45,807 nt of DNA, taken from Acidimicrobium sp. UBA3029 (GTDB lineage Bacteria; Actinomycetota; Acidimicrobiia; Acidimicrobiales; Ilumatobacteraceae). The stretch's first letter is position 1; each line of letters starts with the position of its first letter. The DNA lies in NCBI GenBank assembly GCA_002367695.1, contig DFDK01000114.1:41338-87144 (forward strand), written 5' to 3'. The translations under genes were made by a program, and so were the position numbers. The notes beneath the pieces are model-generated. The model worked only from the letters and a program-made list of their open reading frames with translations. It did no database searches and was not told where the DNA came from. This document shows, one piece after another, positions 44,431 to 45,807 of the stretch.

Positions 44431-45795
44431 CTATCCAGCAAGCACGATCGATTCGAATCCGCCGAGGACATCGCTCACGTCCACAAATCCCGAACGTTTG
44501 AGCAGGCTTGCAGCGATCGACGATCGATACCCGCCTGCGCAGTACACAACCGTTGGCAGTGACGCGTCAAGTTCGACAAGTCGATTGGGTAATTGCACAA
44601 CAGGTATGTTTTGAGCTCCCAAAACAGAGCCCAACTTAAACTCACTTTCATTACGCACGTCCACAACCTGCAAGCCAACAACCGTGTCACGGCGCAGCAC
44701 AAAGTCTTTGGCCGTCAAACGCGAACCCTGCCGCACAGAATGCGGAGACTTTTCGAGGTCTGCAACATCACACCAGCCGACCACTCGGTCGTAACCGATT
44801 CGTGCGAGGCGAACTTTGGCTTCAAGCTCCTGACCGCCTTCGGTCACGATCACAATATCGTCATGTGGCGTGACGACTGCACCTGCATACTCTGCGTAAC
44901 GTCCAGCGAACCCTACATTGATTGACCCGATGATGTGACCGGTAGCAAACAATTGTGGATCCCGCGTGTCAATGATGACCGTACCTGCTGAGGAAAGTTT
45001 GACAACTTCGTCAACGCTTAATCGGGTTGGCAAGGCGTGTTCGTCAAGCACGGCGCGATCTTGACTATTGAGCTGTGCATCATAAACGAAATAACCAGGA
45101 GCAGGAGGCTGCCCCTCTGTTACCACATTTATAAATTGATCAATATTTGTAAATTGCAACGCATAGTTCGTGCGTCGCTGCTCGCCTATGGTTGACATCG
45201 TTTCAGTTGACAAGTTTTTTCCGCAGGCCGATCCAGCACCGTGCGCTGGGAACACACGCGTACTATCTGGCAGCGTCAACAGTTTGTCTCGCAGCGAGGC
45301 AAAAAGCAGATGACCCAATTCGTTAGAAGTCATGCCGACTGACACGAGCAGGTCTGGCCTACCCACATCGCCGATAAAGAGCGTGTCGCCGGTGAGTACG
45401 CCATACGGTGTTGTGTCAGTTGCTTGCTCGTAAATAACGACCGATATTGACTCTGGCGTGTGACCTGGAGTGTGTCGTATCTCGAGCGTTACGTCGCCGA
45501 GGCTATATCGCTCGCCGTCAGCAAAAAGTTGGGTGTCAAACTTTGGTTGTGCGATCGAACCGTAGCCAATCTTCGCTCCAGTTGCTTTTGCAATCTCGAG
45601 GTGACCAGATAGGAAGTCGGCATGAAAGTGTGTTTCGAGTACGAGCTCAATCGTCAGACCATGTTCACGGGCCGAGTCGAGATATTGCTGTACATCTCGG
45701 CGCGGATCAATCACGACTGCTCGTCCAGTCTTTTGGTCTCCCACCAAGTACGACGCGTGAGACAAACACTCCAAATAAAACTGTTCAAAGATCAT
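44431..45795 (-). CDS. MBL-fold hydrolase fused to two rhodanese domains (persulfide dioxygenase-sulfurtransferase-like)
   Basis: Metallo-beta-lactamase motif LETHFHADFLSG..HTPGHTPES. The first rhodanese-like domain has no active-site Cys (IVIVTEGG). The second has the CAGGYRS catalytic loop. Confidence 0.8.
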   Translation of the reverse strand: MIFEQFYLECLSHASYLVGDQKTGRAVVIDPRRDVQQYLDSAREHGLTIELVLETHFHADFLSGHLEIAKATGAKIGYGSIAQPKFDTQLFADGERYSLGDVTLEIRHTPGHTPESISVVIYEQATDTTPYGVLTGDTLFIGDVGRPDLLVSVGMTSNELGHLLFASLRDKLLTLPDSTRVFPAHGAGSACGKNLSTETMSTIGEQRRTNYALQFTNIDQFINVVTEGQPPAPGYFVYDAQLNSQDRAVLDEHALPTRLSVDEVVKLSSAGTVIIDTRDPQLFATGHIIGSINVGFAGRYAEYAGAVVTPHDDIVIVTEGGQELEAKVRLARIGYDRVVGWCDVADLEKSPHSVRQGSRLTAKDFVLRRDTVVGLQVVDVRNESEFKLGSVLGAQNIPVVQLPNRLVELDASLPTVVYCAGGYRSSIAASLLKRSGFVDVSDVLGGFESIVLAG

Positions 45796-45807
45796 GAATA
45801 GAGACTA

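Noticed and set aside
1-45807. Scan for CRISPR arrays, IS elements or transposases, rRNA genes and long repeats
   Set aside because: I found no regularly spaced repeats, no transposase-like ORF, no rRNA-like sequence and no long duplicated segment. The only repeats seen are the short ones reported above.

Overview
This 45.8 kb window looks like a compact, conserved core-chromosome segment, probably from an Actinomycetota genome; the gene order, an F420-type PPOX gene and an RNase E with a long N-terminal extension point that way. I found no intact mobile element, CRISPR array or obvious defence island, and I see no strong case for a novel multi-gene system. Genes run in this order: glpK (5'-truncated), then a minus-strand cluster of moxR/coxD-like AAA+, coxE-like VWA, histidine phosphatase and GMC flavoprotein. 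Next come murJ, proB, obg, a dGTPase-like gene, rpmA-rplU and rne. These are followed by rodA-pbp2-mreD-mreC-mreB, ndk, folC, clpX, a single clpP, and tig. A small ORF, a class-V aminotransferase, tRNA-Pro(UGG) and a PPOX-family gene come next. They are followed by a decayed DUF1016 (YhcG-like) gene, a GNAT plus NSAR/OSBS enolase-superfamily pair, upp, pfkA and a small XRE regulator. The right third holds two complete family-5 (Dpp/Opp-type) ABC importers in tandem, then rmuC and an MBL-rhodanese-rhodanese fusion. Genes are tightly packed, with many ATGA/GTGA start-stop overlaps and overlapping convergent gene ends. The items most worth a second look are these:
- the moxR-VWA-phosphatase-GMC cluster, which has no CO-dehydrogenase genes in view
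- the DUF1016 gene that has lost its nuclease core, close to tRNA-Pro
- the tRNA wedged between coding genes and flanked by an inverted repeat
- the GNAT/NSAR pair
- four-cysteine motifs in all four ABC ATPase tails
- the binding-protein gene followed by a terminator in both transporters
- a 21-bp tandem AT-rich repeat ahead of the second permease block
- an Asp-to-Asn change in the PfkA Mg-binding motif.
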